From the IMG/VR virus record IMGVR_UViG_3300032770_000020, positions 3,284 to 67,283 of that record: a stretch of 64,000 bases of DNA; one strand, 5' to 3'. The notes under the pieces were generated by a model, which was not told where the DNA came from, searched no databases, and saw nothing but the letters and a program-made list of their open reading frames with translations. Source of the DNA: a virus. This document shows, in pieces, positions 50,694 to 61,077 of the stretch. The stretch's first letter is position 1. Every line of letters starts with the position of its first letter. Made by a program: the position numbers and the translations under genes.

Positions 50694-53600
50694 GTGATGC
50701 GGAAAGTCGTAATCGCCTTGATGCTCGCGGCGCTCCCCGCGCTCGCCTGCGCCCAGAAGGTCTCGACCCTGCCAGCGGCGACCACGCCGCTCGGCGGGAA
50801 CGAGGTCATGCCGTGCGTCCAGTCGGGCGCGTCCTTCGGCTGCAAGGCCTCCTCGATCGGCCTGGCGGGCGTTTCCCTGATCACGGGCGACTGCACGGCT
50901 ACCGGAGCCGGCGTCATCACGTGCATCTCGACCAACGGGGTGCCGTTCGGCACCTTCGCGACACAGAGCTATGCCAGCCCGCCAGCGATCGGCGGGACGA
51001 CCGCTAACTCCGGGCGCTTCTCCTCGCTCACAGACACCGGCATCACGGGCCTCAACCAGTGCCTGCACGCCAACAGCTCGGGCGTCATCTCGGGAACCGG
51101 CAGCGATTGCGGCTCCGGTGGTGGTGGCGTCACGGCCACGGGCTCGCCGGTAAGCGGAAACCTGACCAAGTGGTCCGGCAGCAACACCATCACCAATGGC
51201 GACCTGGCGGGCGACTGCACGACCTCGGGGACGCTTTCGATCACGTGCCTTAAGACCAACGGCAGCAACTTCGTCGCGAGCGCCACGACCGATACCACCA
51301 ACGCGAGCAACATCACGAGCGGCACCCTGGGCGCTGGGCGCATGCCGCTCGGCATCACGGCCACGCCGAGCTCCGGCCAGCTCCTCATCGGGAACGCCGG
51401 CGGGACCGCCTACGCTGCCAATAGCCTCAGCGGCGACTGCACGATCACCTCCGCGGGCGCGATCACGTGCCTCAAGGTCAACGGCGTGTCGTTCGCGACG
51501 TCGGCTACCACCGACACCACCAACGCCTCGAACATCACCTCGGGGACGCTGGGAGCGGCCAGGATGCCACTAGGCATCACGGCGACCCCATCGGCAGGGC
51601 AGCTGCTGATCGGAAACGCCGGGGGTACGGCGTACGCCGCAAACAGCATGACTGGGGACTGCGCCATCACCTCGGCCGGCGCCGTCACCTGTACCAAGAC
51701 GAGCGGGACGTCCTTCGGGACGTTCGCGACCCAGAATTACGCCACGCCCCCGACCATCGGAGGCACTACGCCGGCGCCCGGCTTCTTCACCACGCTCTCG
51801 GCGACGGGGGCCCTCACGACCAATGTCACCGGCGGCGGCATTCAGTGCCTGCACGCCAGCAACACCGGCGTCGTGACCGGGACCGGGAGCGACTGCGGAT
51901 CGGGTGGCGGGGCCGTGTCGTCGATATCCGGCGACGGTACGCTGATCACCAATTCGAGCTCGAGTGGCGCGGTCACTCTCACCCTGGGCAACACGGGCCT
52001 CGCGTACGGGGTCTGGGGAGGGATCACGGGCTCGAGCGCCGCCCCTGCCTACCACTCGCTCTCGAGCTACCCCGGGGCAGCCTTCCCGACGCTCAATCAG
52101 AGCACCACGGGCAACGCCGCGACTGCCACGGCGCTCGCCGCGACGCCCAGCCAGTGCTCCGGCACGCAGCTCGCGAACGGCATCGCGGCGTCCGGGAACG
52201 CGAACTGCACGGCCACCATCAACGCCAGCGAGGCGAATGGCGCCGCTTTCCCTGCGGGCGCCGCCCTGGTGGGCACCAATGGCTCGAGCCAGGTGACCGC
52301 AGTCACCCTGGCGAACGGCCTGGCTGAGTCGAGCGGGGTGCTCGGCACCACCTACACCATCCGCAGCGTGTCGGGCACCACGGACACGATCGCCTCGACC
52401 GACTGCGCCTACGGGGTCAATTACACGAGCTCGAGTTCGGTTGCGATCACTCTCCCGCAGGCTACTGGCAGCTTCGCCGTGTGCACGGTTGAGATCCAGA
52501 ACACCGGGACCGGCACGGACACCGTCACGCCGACCACCAGCACGATCAACGGCGCCTCGAGCCTCCCGATTCCGCCAGGGCGGTTCTGCTCGATCGTCGC
52601 CGTGAGCGGCAACTACCTGGTCAACGGATGCAACGCGGTCACGCCAGCTACCAACCTGGCGGCCGGCGGAGTGGGAGGGGTCACCGGGACCACCGGCGTG
52701 GGCAACGGTGGGACCGGGATCGCGAATCCCACGGCCCACAACCTGCTGATCGGCAACGGCTCGAGCACCATGAACCAGCTCGCGCCGTCCTCGACGTCGG
52801 GCGAGGCTCTGGTATCCAACGGCTCCTCGTCCGACCCCGGCTACGCGACGACCCTCCCGGGGGTCACGTCGGTCAACGGGACGACCATCGCGGCGTCCGC
52901 TGGGACTGCGCCAGGCTCGACGGGCGCCTTCACCGCCGGGGACTGCCTCAAGGTCGGCTCGACCAGCCCGCTCGAGATTCAGGACCAGGGCGCGGCCTGC
53001 GGCTCCGGTGGCAGCGGAATCACCCAGCTGACCGGGGACGTCACGGCGGGCCCGGGATCCGGGTCCCAGGCTGCCAGTGTGGTCAAGGTGAACGGCGCGG
53101 CGGTGGCCGCGAGCGCGAATCTCCTCGCCAGCAACTCGTCCAGCCAGATCGTGAGCGCGAGCCTCACGCAGTACGACCTGTTTTCCGGCGGGGCCTCAAA
53201 CGCGCTCAACCAGATCGCGCCGAGTTCCACTGCCGGCCAGGTGCTCATATCGAACGGGAGCTCGTCCCAGCCCGGCTATTCGGCCAGCGCCGCGGGCCTG
53301 ACGAGCGCCAACGGCACGAACATACCGGCGTCCGCGACCCTCCTGGTGAGCGGTGGCGCTCTTGGGACGCCGAGCTCCGGGACCGCGACGAATCTGACCG
53401 GGCTTCCAGTCGGAGGTATCGCCTCGATCGGAGCCAATACCGTCGTAGCGAACGCGACCGGCTCCAGCGCCTCTCCCACGGCCGTAGCGGTCTCGTCCCT
53501 GACGATGTCGCAGCTGCAGGCCGCCACCACGTTCACCGTGTCCGGGACCGGCTGCACGCCCTCGGCGCACACCGGGACGGCATTCGCCGGTACTGTCACC

Positions 53601-53828
53601 CTCGCGAGCGGGCCCTGCACCTCGATCACCGTCACCATGAACGGGGCGACGGGATTCACCGCGACCACCGGCTACCACTGCAACGTGGGCGACCGGACCA
53701 CCCAGAACGCCGGGACCTGGATCCCCATGTGGGGCGAGAGCGCGACGTCGACCAGCACGGCGACCATACCCATACCGGCGGCGGCGGGCGTGACCGACGT
53801 CATCTCGTTCCAGTGCACGCCGTACTGA
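50694..53828 (+). CDS. Repeat-rich tail fibre-like protein with Sec signal peptide
   Basis: MRKVVIALMLAALPALACA|Q; shares Cys-paired repeats with 343..2943. Confidence 0.8.
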   Translation: MMRKVVIALMLAALPALACAQKVSTLPAATTPLGGNEVMPCVQSGASFGCKASSIGLAGVSLITGDCTATGAGVITCISTNGVPFGTFATQSYASPPAIGGTTANSGRFSSLTDTGITGLNQCLHANSSGVISGTGSDCGSGGGGVTATGSPVSGNLTKWSGSNTITNGDLAGDCTTSGTLSITCLKTNGSNFVASATTDTTNASNITSGTLGAGRMPLGITATPSSGQLLIGNAGGTAYAANSLSGDCTITSAGAITCLKVNGVSFATSATTDTTNASNITSGTLGAARMPLGITATPSAGQLLIGNAGGTAYAANSMTGDCAITSAGAVTCTKTSGTSFGTFATQNYATPPTIGGTTPAPGFFTTLSATGALTTNVTGGGIQCLHASNTGVVTGTGSDCGSGGGAVSSISGDGTLITNSSSSGAVTLTLGNTGLAYGVWGGITGSSAAPAYHSLSSYPGAAFPTLNQSTTGNAATATALAATPSQCSGTQLANGIAASGNANCTATINASEANGAAFPAGAALVGTNGSSQVTAVTLANGLAESSGVLGTTYTIRSVSGTTDTIASTDCAYGVNYTSSSSVAITLPQATGSFAVCTVEIQNTGTGTDTVTPTTSTINGASSLPIPPGRFCSIVAVSGNYLVNGCNAVTPATNLAAGGVGGVTGTTGVGNGGTGIANPTAHNLLIGNGSSTMNQLAPSSTSGEALVSNGSSSDPGYATTLPGVTSVNGTTIAASAGTAPGSTGAFTAGDCLKVGSTSPLEIQDQGAACGSGGSGITQLTGDVTAGPGSGSQAASVVKVNGAAVAASANLLASNSSSQIVSASLTQYDLFSGGASNALNQIAPSSTAGQVLISNGSSSQPGYSASAAGLTSANGTNIPASATLLVSGGALGTPSSGTATNLTGLPVGGIASIGANTVVANATGSSASPTAVAVSSLTMSQLQAATTFTVSGTGCTPSAHTGTAFAGTVTLASGPCTSITVTMNGATGFTATTGYHCNVGDRTTQNAGTWIPMWGESATSTSTATIPIPAAAGVTDVISFQCTPY

Positions 53829-53829
53829 C

Positions 53830-56088
53830 ATGAGCCTCATCACACGCCGCGGGTTCCTAGGCCTCCTCGCCGCGCTGTGCCTGTCTGGCATCGCGCAGGG
53901 CGCCATCACGCGCGTCGGCGTCGTCACGGCGAGCGCCACCACCTGCACCTTCACCACCCACCAAGCGGGCGACTTCCTGGTCGTGTGGGCGGTGCGCGGA
54001 GGGTCCACGACCGCTCCGACGCTCCCATCCGGGTACGTCAGCATCCTCACCAAGAGCAACAGCACGGCCACCACGCTCGCCGGAAGGCTGGGCTTCAAGG
54101 TCGCGACGACCACCAACGACTCGAGCGGCACCTGGACAAACGCCTCCGAGCTCGTCTGCGCGGTCTACCGACCATCCTCTGGCAACACGATCCTCTTCGG
54201 GCAGTTCGCCTCGAGCAGCTCGACCACCGCGACAGTCACCTTCCCTGCGCTGAGCCCCATGGGGGACTCAAGCAGCGGAAACTCATGGGCGCTCGGGCTC
54301 GTCGGGGCCAGCAACACCACCCAGGCGATCGGCACCGCCCCGAGCGGAATGACCAATGAGGCGCTGGTCACCGGGGCGAGCTACCAGGCTGCGCTCCATG
54401 ACACGAACGCAGGCGTCTCTTCCTGGTCTAGCACCACTGCCAACGTCACGAGCACCGGAAGCACCATCTCCGCGACCATCGAGATGGTCCTCCTGCCGAA
54501 CACCGCCCCGACCAACGTCTATTCGTACATCGGCGGCGGCACGAACTGGTCCGGCAAGGGGGCGGTGGCGAGCACCACCTACAAGCTGCCTTTCCCGAAG
54601 GTCAGCGGCACTGGCAACACCGTCGTCTTCGGCTTCACGACGACCGGCGGCATCTCGGTCTCGAGCGTCAGCGGCTCCTGCAACGGCAGCTACGGGTCAC
54701 CTGTGGTCACGGCCACCGGCGGCAACCTCGACAGCCGCATGTACGTGCTGCCGAACATCACGTCCTGCGCGAGCCCCGAGCTCATCACCGTAACCTTGGG
54801 GACGGCTGAAAGCGTCTTCTCGTACTTCATCCTCGAGCTCAACGGGGTGACGACCTCGGCCTTCACGGCCACGAGCGGCACCACCATCCAGAGCCGCGCG
54901 AACTCGACGACCCAGAACACCGGGAGCATGACGCCCCCGAACAACAACGCCACGGGCGGCAACATCGTCGTCTCCTGGCACCAGAAGTCCGACACCACGC
55001 CGACCACCACCACGACGGAAATCTTTGCTGGGGCCAACTTCGTACCGCTGACGCTCAACAACGCGTACGGCTTCACCGACGGCAACCCTTACGCCGTGCA
55101 GCTACAGGTGCAGGGGACCAGCGCGGCGCTGACGCCCGGAATCGTCTCGGTAGCAGACGCCGCTGATAACTGGAACAGCCTCGCCGTCGCGATCAAGGTC
55201 GCGAGCGGGTCAGGCACGGCGCCGCCAGCTGGCATCCAGGTCAACGACATCCTGCACATGACCACAGGGCAGTTCCCCGGGAGCGGCACCTACCGCATGC
55301 GGGTGCCCTTCTATGGGAATGCTCGGGTTGTCGCCTGCACTGACCCGAATCTCAACACGCTCACCGCCACCGACAGCGAGGGCAACAGCTGGACGGCCGT
55401 CTCAACCAGCGGCATCTTCTACTTCGGCAACGCGAGTGCGAACCCGAACCTCGAGGTCTACATCACCGGGGGAGGCGGCGACTCGAACGTCTCCTGGCGC
55501 ACGGTCGATGTGTCGGGCGCTGCAACGAGCCCGTTCGACGTCGGCGCCCTGATTGCCGACGGCAGCACGGGCACGACCTACACGCCGAGCGCCAAGCCCT
55601 CGCCCACCGTAGCGAATGACCTTGTCATCGAGAACGTCGGGCTCGGACAGGGACCGGGAACCGCCGTCACCGCACCTGCTGGGGCAATTTGGGACTTGGC
55701 GACCTACACGGGAGAGACCGACATCGACGGCATCGAGAACGCCGACATCATGGCGCACTACAAGGCCAGTTCGACTGGCTCCATCACCTTCACCTACACC
55801 GTCGCGAATTCGACGAGCAGCTCGGGCGGCTACATTGCGCTCAAGCAGGCGACGGGCGGGACCTGCACCCACAATGGCTACACCAATGGCGGGGCGAGCG
55901 CGCTGCCGAATGGCACGAGCGGCTCCTATGTCGGAAAGTCCGGGAGCTTCGTGACGCCAGACTGCTCGACCATCCAGTACTGGCAGCCGGCGCTCGGTAA
56001 CTTCGGGACCACCTCCATCTGGGTGCCACCATCGGAGCGCGAGGCCGCCAACGACGGTCGGTACCGCAAGGCCGCGGGGATGCCGTGA
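53830..56088 (+). CDS. Beta-rich virion-type protein with twin-arginine (Tat)-like signal
   Basis: MSLITRRGFLGLLAALCLSGIAQG|A; S/T/G-rich repeated domains. Confidence 0.75.
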   Translation: MSLITRRGFLGLLAALCLSGIAQGAITRVGVVTASATTCTFTTHQAGDFLVVWAVRGGSTTAPTLPSGYVSILTKSNSTATTLAGRLGFKVATTTNDSSGTWTNASELVCAVYRPSSGNTILFGQFASSSSTTATVTFPALSPMGDSSSGNSWALGLVGASNTTQAIGTAPSGMTNEALVTGASYQAALHDTNAGVSSWSSTTANVTSTGSTISATIEMVLLPNTAPTNVYSYIGGGTNWSGKGAVASTTYKLPFPKVSGTGNTVVFGFTTTGGISVSSVSGSCNGSYGSPVVTATGGNLDSRMYVLPNITSCASPELITVTLGTAESVFSYFILELNGVTTSAFTATSGTTIQSRANSTTQNTGSMTPPNNNATGGNIVVSWHQKSDTTPTTTTTEIFAGANFVPLTLNNAYGFTDGNPYAVQLQVQGTSAALTPGIVSVADAADNWNSLAVAIKVASGSGTAPPAGIQVNDILHMTTGQFPGSGTYRMRVPFYGNARVVACTDPNLNTLTATDSEGNSWTAVSTSGIFYFGNASANPNLEVYITGGGGDSNVSWRTVDVSGAATSPFDVGALIADGSTGTTYTPSAKPSPTVANDLVIENVGLGQGPGTAVTAPAGAIWDLATYTGETDIDGIENADIMAHYKASSTGSITFTYTVANSTSSSGGYIALKQATGGTCTHNGYTNGGASALPNGTSGSYVGKSGSFVTPDCSTIQYWQPALGNFGTTSIWVPPSEREAANDGRYRKAAGMP

Positions 56089-58466
56089 GGAGCGTCCTCG
56101 CCATCCTGCTAACCCTCGCCGTCACCGCGCCCTGCGAGGCGCGTCACGGGCGTGGCGGCCCCGCAGCGGCGCTCCTTCTGCTGCCGGCCGTCAACAACAT
56201 CGCCACCAACTGGCAGAACGCGGGCCTGCAGCCCGTCGGAGGTATCCCGACGAGGAGTACGCAGTGCGGTTCCACGGTAAGCCCCAGCGGCCTCACGCCG
56301 CCGACCAGCGGGGACGATGCCTCGCTCATCCAGGCAGCGATCAACGCCTGCACCGCTGGCCAGGTCGTGCAGCTGGCCTCGGGCACCTTCAACATCGCCA
56401 TGTCGGAGGTGATCGTCCTCGGCAAAGGGGTGAGTCTGCGCGGCACGGGCTCCTGTACCAACGGCTCGACGCCGTACTGCTCGACCGCCATCGTGGTCTA
56501 CAACGGCATGCTGGCGTGGACCGGCGGCCAGTGTGGTGTCGATACCTCGCACGAAGTCGCCTGCACGTCTAACGCCGCGATCGAGGTGCAGCCCTCGGCC
56601 GCCGCTAACCAGTTCGACTTCGGGTGGTCCGGCAGCATGGGCCATTGCGGGCTCCTTTCGTCGGCCATTGGCTGCGGAACCCCGGTAGATGCGGACGCGG
56701 CGCAAGGCGCGACCACGATTCAGGTGGCGAGCACCACCGGTTTCTCGGTCGGCACCTGGGCGCTGATCGACGAGGCCTCGGGCGCCACCTGGCAGAACGA
56801 TCCGGTGGGCCCGAACCTGCGCGGCCAGGTCTGGGCGGCGCCGGATTGGCTGAGCGCCTCCCCGAGCCCGGCCACCGGCCGTGTGCAGTGGGACAAGTAC
56901 GGGAACGGCACCGGAGACATGGGCACCGGCGATTACCCGTACAACAACCCCCACGTCATCCAGTCGCTCTACGATCGCGCCACCTCGGAGATCCACGTCG
57001 TCACGGCAGTGGGAGCGGGACCGTGCCCGGGCACCAACTGCACGCTCACCTTCGACGACCCTGTCACGGTCGCCTTCCGCAAGAGCGGCGCCACGACGTT
57101 CACCGGTTCGACTTCCGGCACCACGCTCACCACCAGCGGGGATAACTGCACCACCACCGTGGGACAGATTGTCGGGGACGCCACCGACACGCTGCTCGAT
57201 GGGACCTATGTAACCGCGGTCAACTCCTGCTCGGGCGGCGCTGGCAACTACACGATCAGCCGCTCGCAGACCGTCTCGAGCGAGACCATGTATGGAGGGG
57301 CGCACCAGGCGCACGTCTACTTCCCGACCAAGCAGAACGGTACCGCGATGGCCTTCATCAGCCAGGCGGGGGTCGAGAACCTCACCATCTCGAGGCCGAC
57401 GAGCGGGGGCATCAACTTTCAGTTCTGCGCCTACTGCTGGGCTAAGAACGTCGAGATCGTCAACTGGGGCGGCGGGGCGGTGAATTTCAGCTACACCGTG
57501 CGCGACCAGTTCGACACCTCCTTCGCCAATAACTGCGCCTACAGCGTGAACAATGGCGGGGAGTACCCGCTCGGCATCCAGGACGCCTCGACCGAGATCT
57601 ACATCGTCAACAGCATCACCAGGCTGTGCGGCAAGGGCATGGTTGGCAAGGCCGCGGCGGCCGCCGTGGTGGCCTACAACTACGTGGACGATTCGTTCTA
57701 CGACTACTGGTCGGCGATCGGCAACTATTGGGAGGACATGAGCGTTAACGGCTCGCACTTCGCTGGCACGCACCACTTCCTCTTCGAGGGCAACTGGGGC
57801 AGCAATTGCGACAACGACGATACCCACGGCAACGCGATGTATCACGTCTACTTCCGCAACGACTGCACCGCGCTGCGCACGCCCTTCACCGACCCCAGCA
57901 TGGTGGCCAACGGACAGAGCGCGAACGCCGCGGTGAATGATGCGGCTGGCACCGGCTGGGAAGTGACCACCGGCCAGCCTGGCTCGGCCGACACCCCAGG
58001 GGTCCTGCGCGCGGCAGGCCCGATGCTGCACAACTACTGGCTGGCCTACGTGGGCAACGTGCTCGGGACCTCCGGCACCACCACGGCGGGGAACGGCTGG
58101 ACGTACTCGGGCGACTACAGCTCGAGCAAGCACATCTGGATGCCGGGCTGGAATTCGGACTCCAACAACCCGACGAAGAGCGACCCGAACATCAATGGCG
58201 TGTCGGCCACCTACCTGTTCAAGAGCGGCAACTTCGACTTCCTCAACGGCTCGATCACGGATTGGGCCTCGGGCTATTCGCAGACGCTGCCTAACTCGCT
58301 CTACCTTACGTCGACGCCTGCGTTCTTCAGTGCTGGCAGTTGCACGTATCCGTGGCCTTGGATCACGCCGACGGCTTCGCCATACGTGAAGACCAACAGC
58401 TGCTCGGGCTCCGGCCTGCCCGCGCAGGCCCGCTGGAACGCGGGCACGCCGTTCGTCCAACCGTAG
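56085..58466 (+). CDS. Pectate-lyase-like beta-helix (tailspike/depolymerase-like) with signal peptide
   Basis: MRSVLAILLTLAVTAPCEA|R; DDASLIQAAINAC..GQVV.L..GTF; GVENLTI; C..CW.KNVE. Confidence 0.75.
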   Translation: MRSVLAILLTLAVTAPCEARHGRGGPAAALLLLPAVNNIATNWQNAGLQPVGGIPTRSTQCGSTVSPSGLTPPTSGDDASLIQAAINACTAGQVVQLASGTFNIAMSEVIVLGKGVSLRGTGSCTNGSTPYCSTAIVVYNGMLAWTGGQCGVDTSHEVACTSNAAIEVQPSAAANQFDFGWSGSMGHCGLLSSAIGCGTPVDADAAQGATTIQVASTTGFSVGTWALIDEASGATWQNDPVGPNLRGQVWAAPDWLSASPSPATGRVQWDKYGNGTGDMGTGDYPYNNPHVIQSLYDRATSEIHVVTAVGAGPCPGTNCTLTFDDPVTVAFRKSGATTFTGSTSGTTLTTSGDNCTTTVGQIVGDATDTLLDGTYVTAVNSCSGGAGNYTISRSQTVSSETMYGGAHQAHVYFPTKQNGTAMAFISQAGVENLTISRPTSGGINFQFCAYCWAKNVEIVNWGGGAVNFSYTVRDQFDTSFANNCAYSVNNGGEYPLGIQDASTEIYIVNSITRLCGKGMVGKAAAAAVVAYNYVDDSFYDYWSAIGNYWEDMSVNGSHFAGTHHFLFEGNWGSNCDNDDTHGNAMYHVYFRNDCTALRTPFTDPSMVANGQSANAAVNDAAGTGWEVTTGQPGSADTPGVLRAAGPMLHNYWLAYVGNVLGTSGTTTAGNGWTYSGDYSSSKHIWMPGWNSDSNNPTKSDPNINGVSATYLFKSGNFDFLNGSITDWASGYSQTLPNSLYLTSTPAFFSAGSCTYPWPWITPTASPYVKTNSCSGSGLPAQARWNAGTPFVQP

Positions 58467-58475
58467 GGGCAAAGC

Positions 58476-59216
58476 ATGGGAACGTCAGGCACCTACAACT
58501 ACGGCTCGCTCGTCCGGGAGCTCTTCGACGAGGGCTTCGAGCGCGCTGGGATAGACCTGGTGGCGATCGGGACCTACCACCTCAAGGGCGCGTTCCGCTC
58601 GCTGCGCCTCATGCTGAACTCGGAGTGGTCGACTCTCGGCATCCGGCAGTGGCAGATCATGGAGGCGCAGACGCACACGGTCTCGGTGGGCGAGACCAAC
58701 TTCCTGCTCCCGGTGGGGATGCTGGACATCACCGAGGCGGTGCTGCGCCGGCAGGGCGCTGGCGTCACCCCGGCGGACGTCGAGATGTACCCGATCACGC
58801 GCCAGGAATACATGATGATCACCAACAAGCTGATCAAGGGGCGGCCGGATCGCTACTTCGTGGACCGGCAGTTCGGGCAGAAGGTGGTCTACTACTGGCA
58901 GGCGGGCTCGAACACCACCGACCAGATCATCTACAACGGCTTCCACCAGAATCAGGACGTGGCGGACAACCTCGCCGCGAACCTCGACATCCCAACTTAT
59001 GCGAACGAGGCGCTGGTGGCAGGCCTCGCGGCGAAGTTCGCCCTCAAGTGGAACTTCCCTAAGTACCAGGCGCTGATGGAGTATTACGCCGGCCCGCAGT
59101 GGTCGCAGAACCCGCTCAACCCCGGCGGCGTCCTGGGGATGCTGCGGACCGAGGACCGCGAGCGCGGTGACATCACCACCTACCCGGCCTTCGAGCCGCG
59201 GACTGGCAGGCGCTGA
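58476..59216 (+). CDS. Head-tail adaptor protein
   Basis: TSGTY, E.FERAG, RSL.LML.EW..LG...W, I.R.EY..I.NK...GRP..YF. Confidence 0.75.
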   Translation: MGTSGTYNYGSLVRELFDEGFERAGIDLVAIGTYHLKGAFRSLRLMLNSEWSTLGIRQWQIMEAQTHTVSVGETNFLLPVGMLDITEAVLRRQGAGVTPADVEMYPITRQEYMMITNKLIKGRPDRYFVDRQFGQKVVYYWQAGSNTTDQIIYNGFHQNQDVADNLAANLDIPTYANEALVAGLAAKFALKWNFPKYQALMEYYAGPQWSQNPLNPGGVLGMLRTEDRERGDITTYPAFEPRTGRR

Positions 59217-59488
59217 TGCTCGAGGGAAAGAAGCTCGAGGACGAGACCGCCGAGACGCTGTGGGCCTCATACGCCGAGACGCAGCTCCCGCCGGTGAGCG
59301 AGACCGGCGAGTTCATCCGCGAGGAGCTCCGCAAGGCCTTCTACGCCGGTGGGTGGACCATGCTCGCGCTCGAGCAGCGGCTGCGGCGTGACACGGCTGA
59401 GCGCAGCACCGCTCTGCTCGACCGCCACCGCGAAGAGACAGAGGCCTTCCTGCGCAGCGTCGGCGCTGCCGGCCAGCAGCCGCACTGA
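59216..59488 (+). CDS. Hypothetical protein
   Basis: ELRKAFYAG motif; TGATG overlaps on both sides. Confidence 0.65.
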   Translation: MLEGKKLEDETAETLWASYAETQLPPVSETGEFIREELRKAFYAGGWTMLALEQRLRRDTAERSTALLDRHREETEAFLRSVGAAGQQPH

Positions 59489-61077
59489 TGGCCAAGCAGT
59501 ACGCAGTCGGCGCGCGCGCCTGGGGCATCTGCGGCCGCTCGGGCCGGAAGATGCTGCTCAAGGACATGGTGTTCGATGGGCGCTACCCAAACATGCGCGT
59601 CGACCCGGACTGGTACGAGGCCAGGCACCCGCAGGAGACGCTCCCGCGCGTCGAGGACCCGGTCGCGCTCTACCGGCCGTCGCCCGAGGTCATCGCCGCG
59701 CCCACGGCGCCAGAGCTCTCCATCGACATCGTAGGCGGCTCGCCCCAGCTCACGTGGACCCCGGCCGACTCGGACATCACCGAGATCGCGAGTTACGACA
59801 TCTACCGCGGGCTGAACGGCGCGACGCCGACGCTGCTCCTCTCCTGCGCCGTCGAGCGGGACTTCCTCGGCGGCATCATCGGGGTCGACGACTGCACGCT
59901 CGCGATCCTGCCGGAGCACCCGGGCGACCCGTGGACCAATGTGGTCGAGGATTGCCCGATCATCTACCTCGATGCTGGCGAGTCGCAGCCACTCCTCAAC
60001 GAGAACGGGCAGCCGCTGCTTAACGAGGACGGCCAGCCGCTCATGAGCGAGGGCGGCCCGCTGCCGCCTGGCGCGTACTGCTACTACATCATCGCGAACC
60101 CGATGGGGAACAACATCTCGACCGCGCAGGGCCCTCCATCCGCGCCCTCGAACACGGTCTGCGTGACCATCTCCTCGGCGCTCGACTGGACCTTCCGCGG
60201 TGACATCGCCGGCGCGAACGCCATCTACGGCGTGGCGACCGACGGCGCGGGCCTCACGCTCCTCGTCGATGGCGCTGGACACGTCTACGCCTCGACGGAC
60301 GGTGGCCACACCTGGGCGCTGCGCTCGAGCATCCCGGGCGGTCTGCTGCCTTCCTACGGCAACCTCCAGTACGGGGATGGCGTGTGGATTTTCGGGGCCT
60401 ACGGCACCGACGTCGCGCGCTCGACCGATGGCGGGAACACATGGTCCACGATCGCCACCGGCATCGCGAGTGCGGGCCAAGGCTGGGTGGGGACAGACGG
60501 CGCCGGAAACTGGGTCCTCTGGGGCAACACCGGCCCGGTCACGAACAATTACGCCCACTCCTCGGACGGCGGCGCCACCTGGTCGATGTCCGGGACCTTC
60601 GACAACGGCGGGGTCGATACGCCGCCATTCTGGGACGGGGCTCAGTGGGTCGCGCTGGTGCTGAACGCCGCCCAGACGGACACCGTGATCGCGACTTCCG
60701 CGGACGGTGCGACCTGGGTGGCGAGCCTCCCGTCCCACGGGCTGGATGTCATCGGCTTCATCGGCGGCCTTTACGTGGGCGCGGACGGCAGCGGCGCGCG
60801 CAGCTCGAACACGGCGGATGGCCTCGCGTCGGCGAATCCCGTCGGCGTGCCCGGAATGGGCAACCCTGAGGCGATCGTCGGCACGGCGGGGCTGTACTTC
60901 ATCTTCGACAACGCCGGGCAGGTGTTCAACTCGCCGGACTTCCAGAACTGGTTCCAGGGCGTCGCCAACCTCGCGGGCGGCGAGTCCGTGGCGCGCGCGG
61001 GGAACGTCGCCTATGACGCCGCCAACGCCTCCTACATCGCCGGCGGCAACGCTGGGTCAGTGATTACCTACCCATGA
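59488..61077 (+). CDS. Tail protein: conserved N-terminal module + FN3-like + Asp-box (BNR) propeller
   Basis: AWGICGRSG...HPQ...DP.AL.RP; LTW....Y.IYRG; STDGGHTW, STDGGNTW, SSDGGATW, SADGATW. Confidence 0.75.
   Translation: MAKQYAVGARAWGICGRSGRKMLLKDMVFDGRYPNMRVDPDWYEARHPQETLPRVEDPVALYRPSPEVIAAPTAPELSIDIVGGSPQLTWTPADSDITEIASYDIYRGLNGATPTLLLSCAVERDFLGGIIGVDDCTLAILPEHPGDPWTNVVEDCPIIYLDAGESQPLLNENGQPLLNEDGQPLMSEGGPLPPGAYCYYIIANPMGNNISTAQGPPSAPSNTVCVTISSALDWTFRGDIAGANAIYGVATDGAGLTLLVDGAGHVYASTDGGHTWALRSSIPGGLLPSYGNLQYGDGVWIFGAYGTDVARSTDGGNTWSTIATGIASAGQGWVGTDGAGNWVLWGNTGPVTNNYAHSSDGGATWSMSGTFDNGGVDTPPFWDGAQWVALVLNAAQTDTVIATSADGATWVASLPSHGLDVIGFIGGLYVGADGSGARSSNTADGLASANPVGVPGMGNPEAIVGTAGLYFIFDNAGQVFNSPDFQNWFQGVANLAGGESVARAGNVAYDAANASYIAGGNAGSVITYP

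Noticed and set aside
5143-58472. Long antisense and off-frame ORFs (e.g. 5143..6786-, 7144..9051-, 36828..38705-, 45527..47458-, 56109..58472-)
   Set aside because: Shadows of GC3-biased genes; R/G/A/P-rich or mirror sequence with no motifs, and codon bias stays in the main frame
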